A stretch of DNA of 64,000 nucleotides from Fidelibacterota bacterium. Its GTDB lineage: Bacteria; Fidelibacterota; UBA2242; JAOZSR01. Under the pieces are notes generated by a model. The model searched no databases. It was not told the origin of the DNA and was given only the letters and a program-made list of their open reading frames with translations. Positions within the stretch are counted from its first letter, which is position 1. Every line of letters starts with the position of its first letter. Positions 19,401 to 27,359 of this stretch are shown one piece after another. Made by a program: the position numbers and the translations under genes. The stretch is from assembly GCA_029939575.1 (NCBI GenBank), contig JAOZSR010000007.1, positions 2,092 to 66,091 on the forward strand, given 5' to 3'.

Positions 19401-20130
19401 AAGGCAAAATTACTTCACACCATGACCAGCAATATGTTATAACTATTTTATTTTTATTAATTCCTAAAACATCACAGGCTTTTTCACGAGATAAATTCGG
19501 ATCATAGGCAATTGGAATAGGTATTCCTAAAGGTAAAATTTCCTGTGATTTATCTAAAAATTCATTCCAAACATCCTTTTCCATTTGATTATTCATACAA
19601 ATGTAATCAGAATTAAAATTTGGATATGGAAATTTTCCTGGTTTCCAAATTTCTTTATCAGGACGAATATTTGAATCATATCCATGTGATATATTTAAGG
19701 TTGGTATTCCATTCTTTTTTGCTTCCAGAACAAAAGGAGCCCGTTCACCCGAATAGTCAGCACTAGTGATAAATAAATCAATTTTATTCTCTTTAATGTA
19801 TTCTTTAAACATTTCTAATTTTACAAATATTCTAAAAACCGTCTCAGAGATATGTTTAACATCCTGCTTTTCAAGAGGTTCTACAGTTTTTGTTTCCAGA
19901 ATTTTTTGCAAATTATTCTCTGTAAATCTCAATAATCTATAAACATTATCACTGTATTCCGGAAGAATTGTATTGATATTTATATTGACAACATCTTCTA
20001 TAAATGATATTCTGGTATTATTTCCAAAATTTTCATTTTTATAAGTTATAACATTATATCGCTGACATAACTCTGATAATAATTCACTATGTCTAATACC
20101 AAATAATCCAGTAACAAAAATATTTTTCAC
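10417..20130 (-). CDS. giant 3237-aa multidomain protein, N- to C-terminus: unknown domain, GT2, GT9-like, GT2, GT4, Zn-ribbon + class I SAM methyltransferase, TPR block, GT9-like, GT2, TPR block
   Basis: Uninterrupted 9.7 kb ORF in AT-rich DNA. GT2 motifs occur three times: VSIVIPLYNN...DNGSKDNT...FLNNDTE (around nt 18760), VSIIIPLFNK...NNASNDET...FLNNDTE (around 16975) and ISIVLTLYNN...DDASKDST...FLNNDTE (around 11765). The GT9-like motif IYVHMGGIGDACLLLSSFYD occurs twice (around 17855 and 12610). GT4 motif: HPYRGEGFGLPILEAMSCG. The methyltransferase has CPFCNSG...CVDCNS followed by LDIGCCWGG. TPR-like repeats: AAAYNMVGIINFEEGDLEKAIQSF... Confidence 0.8.
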   Translation of the reverse strand: MKNIFVTGLFGIRHSELLSELCQRYNVITYKNENFGNNTRISFIEDVVNININTILPEYSDNVYRLLRFTENNLQKILETKTVEPLEKQDVKHISETVFRIFVKLEMFKEYIKENKIDLFITSADYSGERAPFVLEAKKNGIPTLNISHGYDSNIRPDKEIWKPGKFPYPNFNSDYICMNNQMEKDVWNEFLDKSQEILPLGIPIPIAYDPNLSREKACDVLGINKNKIVITYCWSWCEVILPSKVQFDFMEQAEHNKQILLKIFQLPNISEVELIFKMHPIFDQFSDTYIGIQNYVKKLASKNNINQNMVFTIDKNPEVLAVTDLLVSPHFSSIIWEALIAGVPCTIVPYPYLYEMFSKEKITQCNHLTREGIINFNRDADELFNFLKTNSTNSRITELRSRIKEKKQKNGIDFRPNQEKCIAICNWIDNFFVEKDSKNIVAKPNNFPVKKSESGIPKVSIVIPLYNNVKFTRQCVNSIFQNTKYPNYEIILVDNGSKDNTRQYVKEMEKAHANIRGVYNDDNLRFARGCNAGAKFAKNKYICFLNNDTEVQENWMTVGINRLKSDENIGIVGAKLLYPNGTVQHCGLDLFQNISTIYSVWPAHRLRGTSPDNPKINKVEEFPVVTGACVFMETDFFNQIGCWDEAYGMYFEDSDLCFKVKAAGKKVIYDPKCVLIHHEAQSNPNQAEIDRLNMEAASRFYLKWEKEVAVIAIKKLIEKIDGKFVYLSGNIEPKNLLEAKKYLKPVTHHIASIFRELGPIYVHMGGIGDACLLLSSFYDADPEQVILSIPNSISTMKKFFSSFPKLKNVFFLPMPKNNISHNIYRQIFHQISNVKGLGATPKDNYIEEWLNTFDVFTKYNLNQKCEWINLFKTQKIVDFQVIINPQGSMKGMMNGKKNIINPLYWEKIVATLNDENIKPIIIGIPEERDIYYKTGEMIDKRSYDLYEQMQLVASADLVIGADTWAKSFSALGEIPTIVFESLRPAKYKNWKDPAESIFIDPWKSITKVTNFENFKKLLLKILPSIQNGQQSVENNRVLDRKEYLKNIIDNYYTQVSIIIPLFNKCEYTKKCVQAIFDNTLYPNYEIIFINNASNDETREYIDELNSNFENIQVIHNEKNKYFAAANNQGVEISKGEVLVFLNNDTEVQTGWLHNLLKIHKREKNAGVIGAKLIYQNRKIQHAGIELLKLIKPKNIKGYGEIRWVPDHPNRNIAENDSAVSYQRDLDMVTGACLLISKKLFNEIGGFDEIYINGCEDIDLCLKIREMGKRVIYTPDSIVIHYEGKSDGRFDNVEKNLTIFIKRWYEYFDNFLKYRSKIERELLSVSEQQSKSDINVIWEGSQFVYHSLALVNREQTLRIINGGFNVSVLPYEKDQFIPGKKSPFRKIKQRVNRKLAKVDVHVRHQWPPNLTAPEKGHWVIIQPWEFGYLPKNWVKVFSRDVDEFWVPSNYVKKIYLDSGVPSDRVFVIPNGIDYEKFNPNVPPYQLKTKKKFKFLFLGGTIYRKGIDILLESYKKQFSSKDDVCLVIKDMGGDSFYRGKNNKAEIRKIQQDHSLPEIEYIDKYLDEPSLIGLYTACNCLVHPYRGEGFGLPILEAMSCGISPIVTRGGACLDFCNDENSIFIDARKVKYKDTKIGEEELVNNPWLFEPSIEDLAKKMHFAYKNPENIKKIGQIASKYAKEEFSWDNSSAILQNRILQLTKKPIVRFNNQEKKNENLISEYDSLDEIQENYQKIKCPFCNSGKSKVIRNSNDIVQCVDCNSIYLRTRLTREAMEKLYQSYGDVDSHKPPDSVADIPKHSQFRKNFMNEILEFTKPEGKFLDIGCCWGGLLYNARQKGFDVQGIEVTRKNVEYAKNVLNINVSNIQFDQQDFNENSLNVVTMSHVFEHIPYTLVALKKINNILKPGGMFCGAVPNFGSFMSLFLKDQWFLLDPAYHYVHFYIDILKRELHRYGFKIEKIYTITGDYSDSNLNKTINAMFDINNDTDIHSIVELIEKEGFGEEIRFYARKEKHIKTTPKIDDLENDFEEEKLMFEIYSKIKNKLAGKTILPNFEDFESIYQDCEKFTDAGEYKKAFEKIKHLLTDFPFYTKAIILASNIHLLNNDNKAAYNLLEKSEKFSPACIKISRKLAEIDIVENKYEEAFNRLIKLNKSFPNDITTIVMIIELLLENDRFDDAFLYLKKAIIVDSDNIEIQNLIQHFISNTGSTKNIDSTPDILFEKVLKAKESGDIVACKEYLENILNIAPDYAAAYNMVGIINFEEGDLEKAIQSFSQAIENDHDLLDAKRNLAEVMLSKGDYEKGINIFDEILGEHPNDVLVLNRMGQLYFEVGKKDMAIKFINKVLEVEPDNKDALELLEILEKTDNINDIETSKQVPLKANEENAIDILENMISEEIDKKENSKTKDSKSVIEDIKQQLQLATKTGDSSKLLELVNQIAKISPEQASLQNLKPLIKFHPKYFTSDKCKLIKEIKGNAIFLSEIIEPNNFDFVEEYTDIFVHYLASIFESIGHIYVHMGGIGDACLLLSSFYDQEPEQIVLCIPNNINVMEQFFNCFPKLKKIFFLPYPVNLKFHGIYRQILTQIKNVKGLGATPRNTYLEEWTSDLNVFKKYGLTEKCNWVNNFKTEKITDFQVVINPKGSLKGMVEGKKNIIDPKFWHRIINFLNGQNIVPVIIGIPTEEDDYPIFGKVINKRSYNIFEQMQIVATADVLIGADTWGKSFSALGNIPTIVFESVRPKKHANWKDPAEYIFIDPWDSITKVKNVNEFRNRMQELLVNRDSVKSKKKPANNKTKISIVLTLYNNLGFTKKCIESIKRNTKYPNYEIVLVDDASKDSTWEYLKYLEQENDNVIITHLEENQKFAGGSNRGAEIASSEYLVFLNNDTEVEKNWLTSLFQVFQKNENTGIVGAKLLYPDRRVQHAGVEFVKLDEPIQIKNYGQIDYLMEHPNRYADENSPAINQVKEFDMVTGACLLIPTELFFNVGKFDEKYQMGVEDIDLCLKVRDKGYKILYNPDSVIIHHEAVSDDRFKYFNENLELFFKRWGNRFDEKWNFIPNEANISKENMILTNSPDNQSVTNDINKSEAVKSTGLNENELFDKILDSREKEDNVETIKLIETLLQIEPNHAGAFNILGIISYEQQELDNAIAMFQKSSELDPQFLDAQRNLAEVFIAKGEYEKGVHTFDHILENFPDDVLTLTRLAQLFMEVENFVNAKSFVTKILEIKPNDETALEMMEMIDENI

Positions 20131-20143
20131 AACACCCTCGATG

Positions 20144-20872
20144 TTATAATTTATTCACAATTAGCTGAGAAATAATAAACCGATAATCCTGTTTTAGAAA
20201 ATTGACAAAATACGGAATATCATTGGTATTTTTCTTATCAAGTATATAATCATAGAAAACTTCAACTTTACTATCAATATCTTTCATTTTATCAAATTCA
20301 GTCTGCATTATTTTCTTAAGTTGATCTTTCATAGATTCATAATTAAATGAGATTTTTGCAAGGCAATGTGGACATAATTTTTCTATATCAACAAGATAAT
20401 CCAATTTAATAATCTGATCGAGTTCCTGATCGCAAGCCTTACATGTACATTTTAAATTCATATGTACAACACCATATGGAAGAGAAATTTTTAAATCGGA
20501 TATATTAATACCATATATTTTATCCTGACCTGTAGCATGAAATTTTTTCACCCATTTAGAAATCATTCCTTTTTTATTACCAGATATATTATTTTTTATA
20601 TCTTTGTTGCCAGTCTCAAGAAATACTCTGAGTAAATAACTATTCAATTTTGGGTCATCTTTATCCAAATTACTTTTAATTTTATTATAAAAGTTTATAG
20701 ATTCTGTAATTTTTCCTAATAGAAGCAAACTATAAACAATCTCCTTATGAAAATCTAAATTACTTGTATGATTTTGTATTATTGAATTAGCATATTTTAT
20801 CGCCTCTTCTGATTTTCCGGCAATATTTAATTGTTGCATTTTCTTTACTGGAGATTCAACGTTTTCTTTCAT
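20144..20872 (-). CDS. hypothetical protein with Cys-rich zinc-ribbon-like segment (CTCKAC...CPHC)
   Basis: 242 aa, helical N-terminus, with CxCxxC...CxxC in the middle. Its stop lies 14 nt upstream of the giant gene start, so the two look co-transcribed. Confidence 0.4.
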   Translation of the reverse strand: MKENVESPVKKMQQLNIAGKSEEAIKYANSIIQNHTSNLDFHKEIVYSLLLLGKITESINFYNKIKSNLDKDDPKLNSYLLRVFLETGNKDIKNNISGNKKGMISKWVKKFHATGQDKIYGINISDLKISLPYGVVHMNLKCTCKACDQELDQIIKLDYLVDIEKLCPHCLAKISFNYESMKDQLKKIMQTEFDKMKDIDSKVEVFYDYILDKKNTNDIPYFVNFLKQDYRFIISQLIVNKL

Positions 20873-20984
20873 TATATTGCTTTCTAATATCTGTGAATAA
20901 GATATTTATTATTATTAATTATACTCGTCCTTAAAATGGCATTGACTAGGTAGGTAAACATTTCCTTATACCAATATTAAAATT

Positions 20985-22193
20985 TTATTTACCTACTTTT
21001 GCAGCTATATCTGTTTTGGCAATTATTTCTTTTAAATCTAAATCAGAGGGAGGTTCTTGCTCCCATAATGGATTTTTCAATTTCCAATCTCCATTATCAT
21101 CCAGTTCCCACATATCACCTCTAAAAGAATTTGTGACATCCCAAAATTCTTTTTCGCTGATATCAATATATTCACAAAAGTTTTTAATATATTTATTCCC
21201 ACATTTTCCATCAAAAGTTTTAATAAGTGCTATACCTTCGGCTCTTGATATCAACCCATAACGGATATCATAATTAACATGATCTGTAGCCTGACCAAAA
21301 CCAAATTTTACATGTTTCATCATCTGATTTACTTCTAACAAATCTCCACTACCATCCAATTGTGAATACCTGTTATAAGTACCTAAATTATCAAGATTTC
21401 TATCTTTTGATCTTATTGTAAGTCCATTTTTTAATGAAAAGAGTAAATTATGTTGAAATGAATATTCTTTTACATAATAATTCATCCAGATCCCTCTTAT
21501 ATCCATTTCCCTCAATTTATTAGCATCATAGTGAAATAAAAACATATCATCTTCTTCTACTAATCCTTCTTTAATAAATGGCTCAATTCCTTCTATTAAT
21601 GTATTATGTTTATTAGCAATTAGCGCATCATCACCAGTACCTAACTCAGATTTGCTATCACCAAATGTTAATCCAACATTTTCACCCTGTATGATTAATG
21701 GAATATCAAATTTTTGTGCTATAATATAGGTTACAGCATAAAGAACATATTCAGTGGTTCTACCTGGGTTAAGATTATCATAGAAGTCACGTTTAATTAA
21801 TTTTTTTTGAACTATTGAATTCGCTCGTAAAGCAATAGTATCAAATCCAAGATTTTTTAAGTTCTCAATATTTTTCAAACCAATTTCAGAAATATTTCCA
21901 GGTTCGCAGTTTACAAGTAATGGTCTTAATCCCAGTACATCCCTGGCATAAAGGGCCTGAAAGGTACTATCCTTTCCGCCACTGACACCAATAGCACATT
22001 CATATGGTGTTCCACGTTTTTTAGCTTTTCTTTTAGTTTCAACAACAATTTCATTTAATTCTTTCTGCCGCTGATTCCAATCAATGGTGGTCTCCATTTT
22101 TTCTTTCCATAAACATCCACCGCATACTCCTTCTTCATTAAAATATATATTTGGTCTTGTATCAGGCTGAACACACTTTGTGCAATATTTCAT
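20985..22193 (-). CDS. N-acetyl-sugar amidotransferase (PP-loop ATPase; PseA/WbpG family)
   Basis: N-terminal CTKCVQPDTRPNIYFNEEGVCGGC zinc ribbon followed by the SGGKDS PP-loop. This layout is typical of flagellin-modification PseA and LPS WbpG amidotransferases. Confidence 0.75.
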   Translation of the reverse strand: MKYCTKCVQPDTRPNIYFNEEGVCGGCLWKEKMETTIDWNQRQKELNEIVVETKRKAKKRGTPYECAIGVSGGKDSTFQALYARDVLGLRPLLVNCEPGNISEIGLKNIENLKNLGFDTIALRANSIVQKKLIKRDFYDNLNPGRTTEYVLYAVTYIIAQKFDIPLIIQGENVGLTFGDSKSELGTGDDALIANKHNTLIEGIEPFIKEGLVEEDDMFLFHYDANKLREMDIRGIWMNYYVKEYSFQHNLLFSLKNGLTIRSKDRNLDNLGTYNRYSQLDGSGDLLEVNQMMKHVKFGFGQATDHVNYDIRYGLISRAEGIALIKTFDGKCGNKYIKNFCEYIDISEKEFWDVTNSFRGDMWELDDNGDWKLKNPLWEQEPPSDLDLKEIIAKTDIAAKVGK

Positions 22194-22214
22194 CTATTCC
22201 TTCTCCCTAAAATT

Positions 22215-22781
22215 TTATTTAATTTTTAGAAAATCTTCTTTTAAAAGTCCCATTTGGATTACATCAACATATTCACCATTTCTATAATGATGATTTCTGA
22301 AAACTCCTTCAACTTTCCAACCAAGTCGCTCATGAAGTTCTGGTAAGCCCGGAATTTCTGTACCACCGTATAAACGATTAAGATTTAATTTGTTAAACGC
22401 ATATTTCATTAATATTTTTAGTACTTCAAAATAATGCATAACCCTGTATTCCGGAATTCCAATCATTCCATTTAATGTAGCATTTCGATTAACCCAATCG
22501 ATTTTATCAATGCTAAAATTCCCAAAATGTTTGCCAGTTGTTTTGCAACATGCAGCAAAAACAATATGGTTAGGACTTTTAACATTCTCAAAAAAATTAT
22601 CCAGATCTTTTTCTGTAGTAGGCCAACGTCGGAAATGATCAGAATAAATTGTCAGATCAGGATTATTTAACCAGGATAAATATTCAGGGCGAATATCTTC
22701 TTTTAATAAAGGGCGTAAATAAGTGATTTTCCCTTCGAGAAAAGTATACTGATTTTTTACTTTTTGTTTACTGTCTTCCAT
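22215..22781 (-). CDS. GNAT-family N-acetyltransferase (PseH/LegH-like candidate)
   Basis: 188 aa; sits next to nonulosonate pathway genes; C-terminal segment looks like a GNAT acyl-CoA-binding fold. Called from context plus general shape, so confidence is moderate. Confidence 0.55.
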   Translation of the reverse strand: MEDSKQKVKNQYTFLEGKITYLRPLLKEDIRPEYLSWLNNPDLTIYSDHFRRWPTTEKDLDNFFENVKSPNHIVFAACCKTTGKHFGNFSIDKIDWVNRNATLNGMIGIPEYRVMHYFEVLKILMKYAFNKLNLNRLYGGTEIPGLPELHERLGWKVEGVFRNHHYRNGEYVDVIQMGLLKEDFLKIK

Positions 22782-22810
22782 AATGATTGTTCCAAAAATT
22801 ATTAATTTTA

Positions 22811-23878
22811 TTAAACTTTAAAATTATTGATTGATTGTTTATACTGTTCCCATTGACCGACATCTATCCAAGATTTATCCGATACAGGGAAAACTCCGAC
22901 ATTTATATTATTTTCTTTAATTTTGTTAACTAAACTTACCATATCAAAAGGTTCGTTTTCAGGGATATATTTTAAAACACTCGCATTAATGAGATACATG
23001 CCGGTATTTACTAAAAAATCGAATTCCGGTTTTTCATATATCGTTTTTAATGATCCTTGATTTTCATGAGTACAGACTCCATAGGGTATTGTAAATTGCT
23101 TCATTGAAGTCACAATTGTCAAATCAAAGCCATTATCTTTATGAAAATTATATATTGCATCATAATCGGTTTTCACAATAATATCACAATTTGACATAAA
23201 AAATGGTCCGTTTATGACACCATCAATCAATTTTAATGCACCTGCGCTTCCCAACGGCTTATTTTCTTCAATATATTTTATAGAATAATCAACATCTTCA
23301 TTATCAAAATATGCCTTGATCATTTTATCTTTATAAAAAACAGATAAATAAAAATCTTTCATTCCAAAATTTGCATATTCATCCATTATTATCTCAATAA
23401 TTGGTTTTTCTCCTATTGGGATGAGTGCTTTTGGTAATATTCTGGTAAATGGATCGAGTCTGGTCCCTTTCCCTCCTGCCATAATTACAACCGGTAAATC
23501 AAGATTAGATTCATTTTTTACTTTTTTACCTTTAATAATTTTAATATCATCTTTGTTAATAATATTTATTAATTTGCCATCATCAAGTACCGGAAGTAAT
23601 TCAACACCACTACCTTTATTAAAAAACTTTTCCAGATTAGATTTGGAATAATTCTTACTAATACATTGAAAATGTTTATTAGCAATTTGCATGATGTTTT
23701 GATTTAAAGCAACTCCGGACAACACAGCACGACGAAAATCACCATCAGTTACAATTCCCACAACTTTATGATTATCATCAATGATTACAATAAATCCAAA
23801 TCCGGCATTATCCATTTGCTTGATACCATCACGAATGTTGGAATTCATACTAACCTGAAATTCCCCAATATCTATCAT
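22811..23878 (-). CDS. CBS-domain sugar-phosphate nucleotidyltransferase (PtmE-like)
   Basis: N-terminal tandem CBS-like segments (VVGIVTDGDFRRAV). They are followed by the nucleotidyltransferase motif VVIMAGGKGTRLDPFTRILPKALIPIG. This architecture matches the Campylobacter legionaminic-acid GDP-sugar enzyme PtmE. Confidence 0.7.
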   Translation of the reverse strand: MIDIGEFQVSMNSNIRDGIKQMDNAGFGFIVIIDDNHKVVGIVTDGDFRRAVLSGVALNQNIMQIANKHFQCISKNYSKSNLEKFFNKGSGVELLPVLDDGKLINIINKDDIKIIKGKKVKNESNLDLPVVIMAGGKGTRLDPFTRILPKALIPIGEKPIIEIIMDEYANFGMKDFYLSVFYKDKMIKAYFDNEDVDYSIKYIEENKPLGSAGALKLIDGVINGPFFMSNCDIIVKTDYDAIYNFHKDNGFDLTIVTSMKQFTIPYGVCTHENQGSLKTIYEKPEFDFLVNTGMYLINASVLKYIPENEPFDMVSLVNKIKENNINVGVFPVSDKSWIDVGQWEQYKQSINNFKV

Positions 23879-24963
23879 AATGATTCCTGCAAATTAATTA
23901 CTCTATGAAATAAATCAATAAAATTTGATATTGAATTTAAATTCTGTTTTCTTACTTTCATTTTCCTTTGTTGCTTAATTAGTCTCTTAAGTATAGGTAA
24001 AATATCACTTTCTTTAGTAACAAGAAATATGCCATCTCGTCTGTCGATATTATCAATTCGAATTTTTTTATTAGGTTGAATACTTAATACCTGACTCCCC
24101 AATAACATTGCTTCATATAGCAAAACAGAATACAAACCTACAACTAATCTTGATTGATATACTAATTTCCAGGAGTTTGTATCTGCTTTGGAGATAAATA
24201 TTTCAATTTTATTTTTATAATAATCAATAATTTCATGTATTTTTTTAGAAATAAATCCTCTCGGATGTGGTTTATAAATAATTGAATATTGCTGATTATA
24301 TTCCTTATTTAATTGAATAATATTTTTTATTGTTAATTCAAAAACTTCAATTTCTGTAAATCCCAGGGTTTTCTTTTCATCTTCACCCATTATTGGATTA
24401 AAAGGATCTCCAACAAAAAGTATTTGCCCCTTATTATAATTACTTTGCATATTTCTATTATTATCCAGAAAATTATTTATCTTATCATAAAGCGGGCTAC
24501 CGGTAATCACTATTTTTTCCTGTGGACATCCCTCCTCTATCATACTATCTGCCATTATTTTATCAATAACTGCTACATAATCTGGTAATAAATTATAATG
24601 TTTCCCGGAATCAGGTTTTAATGTAAATCGTTGCCAGTAATTTACCCATGTATCAACAAATCCAATTGATGGGATATTATGCTCTTGAGCCCATTTCCAA
24701 AACAACCCATCATCAGCTACATTATCAGAGGTTCCGGAAAAAACAACTAAGGGATTAATCTCTTCAAGAATATTTACAACATCATAGAAATTAGTGTATT
24801 GAAAAAAATTATACCCCTCTTTTTTCCAATAATCAGCGGCATGGGATGCTGCGAAAAGAAATGGTGAAAATCCGGCCTTAATCAAAGAATCTATTATCGA
24901 CGAAATAAGTCGGGCTGAGCCGATTTGTCTAACAATGATTGCAATTGGTTTATTCATCATCAA
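23875..24963 (-). CDS. hypothetical GT-B-like protein (possible PseG/NeuC/LegG-type hydrolase or TagF-like transferase)
   Basis: 362 aa. The alternating beta-alpha character and the KPHPRG motif suggest a Rossmann-like GT-B or TagF-like fold. No definitive motif seen. Overlaps neighbouring genes by 4 and 14 nt. Confidence 0.3.
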   Translation of the reverse strand: MMMNKPIAIIVRQIGSARLISSIIDSLIKAGFSPFLFAASHAADYWKKEGYNFFQYTNFYDVVNILEEINPLVVFSGTSDNVADDGLFWKWAQEHNIPSIGFVDTWVNYWQRFTLKPDSGKHYNLLPDYVAVIDKIMADSMIEEGCPQEKIVITGSPLYDKINNFLDNNRNMQSNYNKGQILFVGDPFNPIMGEDEKKTLGFTEIEVFELTIKNIIQLNKEYNQQYSIIYKPHPRGFISKKIHEIIDYYKNKIEIFISKADTNSWKLVYQSRLVVGLYSVLLYEAMLLGSQVLSIQPNKKIRIDNIDRRDGIFLVTKESDILPILKRLIKQQRKMKVRKQNLNSISNFIDLFHRVINLQESL

Positions 24964-26317
24964 TAATATTGTCTATAGCTTGAGCAGGATCCATAAATCC
25001 GGTTTCAGAATCACCTCCTAATTTTTCCTGTATTTGTGTGCTATTTTCAATTACTTTTATTATTGCATTGACAAAATCCTGCATATCATTAATAGTCAAA
25101 GGTTCTCTGACTAAAGGTGATATAATCATTTCTTCTTCATAAAGTTTTTCTACTACCGGGCAGAGACCTTTTTCATACTTATAATCAATATCATTGTAGG
25201 TAAAAGGAAATCCTTTTTTACCAATAGCAATTTGTTGTTGATATATTTTTTCCAGATACAATGGTTTTACATAAGCTTCAGCCAGAGGTGTTGTTTCCCA
25301 TATCCTAGGTTTAGGTAATTCAGCTGCAACCGATCTAACAAATAAATTTCGGGATAAACCAATTATTTCAGCATTGTATCTAATTGGAAACATATAATAA
25401 GCATGAGTCATATCATTTTTTAATTTCTGAACAGTAAGCCCATCTATATTCTCTAATCTTTCTGTAACATATTTTGCTAACTTTTGGCGATGTTTTAAAA
25501 TTTTATCAAGTTTTTGAAATTGTACTGTTGCGATGGTAGCGAGTAATTCTGTAAATCTAAAATTTCCACCAATAACATTTGCAAGGGTATCAAGTTCATA
25601 CATATCTACGGCATTTTCACCATGATTACGAATTAATTGGCAACGATGAGCTAAATCATCATTTTCGGTAACAAGTAATCCTCCTTCGCCTGTGTGAATA
25701 TGTTTATGATAGTTTAGGCTGAATCCTCCAATATCACCGATTGTTCCAACAGGTTTTCCTTTATAAAAAACACCTGGTGCCTGAGCAGCATCCTCTATTA
25801 CTTTTATTCCCAAAGGTTTGGTGATCTTTAATATTTCATCCATATCCGCCGGATGACCAAAAAGATGAACAACAACAACTGCTTTAGTACGTTCTGTAAT
25901 TCTTTCCTTTATAGATTTTGGGTCAATGCAGTAATTTTCAGGATCAATATCTGCAAATATTGGTATTCCACCATAAAACATTGCCGCAGTTGCGGATGCA
26001 GACATCGTATAGGGTGGACAAATCACCTCATCACCAGGCTCTATTCCGACAGCGCCAAAAGCAACCTGTAAACCGGCAGTCCATGAACTCACTGAAATCG
26101 CATGTTTAAAACCATATTTCTCTGCCCATGTATTTTCAAACTTACGAACTTCCGGACCACCTAGGAATAATTTGCCTGCTGCACCAAGAAAACCGGACAA
26201 ATTTCCCGTTTTTATAACTTTGGTTGCTGCATCAATTTCCGCCTGCCCCATAGTAATTCGATCAGGAAATTCTTCAGTTCTTAATGGATTGCCACCTAAT
26301 ATTGCAGGTAAACTCAT
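24950..26317 (-). CDS. DegT/DnrJ/EryC1-family PLP-dependent sugar aminotransferase (long form)
   Basis: FENTWAEKYGFKHAISVSSWTAGLQVAF...IEDAAQAPG...GDIGGFSLNYHKHI (the PLP lysine region) is typical of PseC/LegC-type aminotransferases. Confidence 0.75.
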   Translation of the reverse strand: MSLPAILGGNPLRTEEFPDRITMGQAEIDAATKVIKTGNLSGFLGAAGKLFLGGPEVRKFENTWAEKYGFKHAISVSSWTAGLQVAFGAVGIEPGDEVICPPYTMSASATAAMFYGGIPIFADIDPENYCIDPKSIKERITERTKAVVVVHLFGHPADMDEILKITKPLGIKVIEDAAQAPGVFYKGKPVGTIGDIGGFSLNYHKHIHTGEGGLLVTENDDLAHRCQLIRNHGENAVDMYELDTLANVIGGNFRFTELLATIATVQFQKLDKILKHRQKLAKYVTERLENIDGLTVQKLKNDMTHAYYMFPIRYNAEIIGLSRNLFVRSVAAELPKPRIWETTPLAEAYVKPLYLEKIYQQQIAIGKKGFPFTYNDIDYKYEKGLCPVVEKLYEEEMIISPLVREPLTINDMQDFVNAIIKVIENSTQIQEKLGGDSETGFMDPAQAIDNIIDDE

Positions 26318-26376
26318 AACTGCTCCTTTATAATTTCAATTTTTTTTACTTTACCGTACTTAAATAATTTTCGGAT

Positions 26377-27348
26377 TTATATTTTTGCTTTGGATTGAAT
26401 TTTATTCGTTATATTATTACATACTTCTAAAGTTTTTAAATCATCAGTAATTGGGCAAATAATTTTTTCTTTTCCCTTTAAAAAATTATAAACATGATCG
26501 GCTGTATGGTATAGGGAATTAGTTAATTGTGTACGAATTTCAGTCGTTTTTTTCAAAGAATGATAGTCTGTAAATATTTTATCACGAATCGATTGCTGAA
26601 ATTCTATAAAGAATCCCGATTCTGTAATCCGAACACGGCCTTTTTCAAAAAAGAAGTCAATTTCAAAAATTCCATAAACTTTACAATCTATATGATTTAA
26701 GTAAAATAAAGTCCCATTCTGAAATTTCAATATTCCTGATACTGATGGATCATCCTGAAAAAAATCATATTTAAAGTCAGTAATTTCTATATTGTTAATT
26801 TCACCGATATAATATCTTAATAAATCAATCATATGAGAGCCATTATGCAAAATACCTTTTCCGTAATAGCCGGTTCCAGCGAGATAATTTCCGAGTTCAT
26901 TGTTAATTTTATTCTTCAGTTCGATATATTCCGGAACGAATCTTCTTCGATAATTGACTAAAGCAGGAATATTTTTATCATAATAATGTTTTATAACTTC
27001 CTTGGATTTTGCAAAACTTTGGGTCAGAGGTTTTTCCGCAATTACAAATTTAATCGGTAATTCTGCAATCTTCATAAGAATATCATAATGATATTCCGTA
27101 GATGCTGCTACAACCACAACATCAATTTTATGATTTGAAAACGCTGTTTCAAAACAAGTAAAATATTGTGTTTGCCAGCGTTCTGCTGCCTTTCTGGCTT
27201 GCTTTTCATTGGTATCTACAAAACCTATAAGATTAAAATGAGCATGTTTACAAAAAGCATGGGCGTGAGTAATAACATGTTCGTCTTCAGGATGGTCATA
27301 AAAAGCACCGATATTTCCGGCACCTATGATTAAAACATTATATTTCAA
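26377..27348 (-). CDS. Gfo/Idh/MocA-family NAD(P)-dependent oxidoreductase
   Basis: N-terminal Rossmann VLIIGAGNIGAFY followed by EKPL, characteristic of Gfo/Idh/MocA sugar dehydrogenases. Confidence 0.7.
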   Translation of the reverse strand: MKYNVLIIGAGNIGAFYDHPEDEHVITHAHAFCKHAHFNLIGFVDTNEKQARKAAERWQTQYFTCFETAFSNHKIDVVVVAASTEYHYDILMKIAELPIKFVIAEKPLTQSFAKSKEVIKHYYDKNIPALVNYRRRFVPEYIELKNKINNELGNYLAGTGYYGKGILHNGSHMIDLLRYYIGEINNIEITDFKYDFFQDDPSVSGILKFQNGTLFYLNHIDCKVYGIFEIDFFFEKGRVRITESGFFIEFQQSIRDKIFTDYHSLKKTTEIRTQLTNSLYHTADHVYNFLKGKEKIICPITDDLKTLEVCNNITNKIQSKAKI

Positions 27349-27359
27349 TATGTTGCGCC

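Noticed and set aside
20940-20995. Imperfect inverted repeat AGGTAGGTAAA ... TTTACCTACT overlapping the 3' end of the amidotransferase gene
   Set aside because: 9/11 match with a 30-nt loop and it overlaps coding sequence. Not convincing as a terminator.
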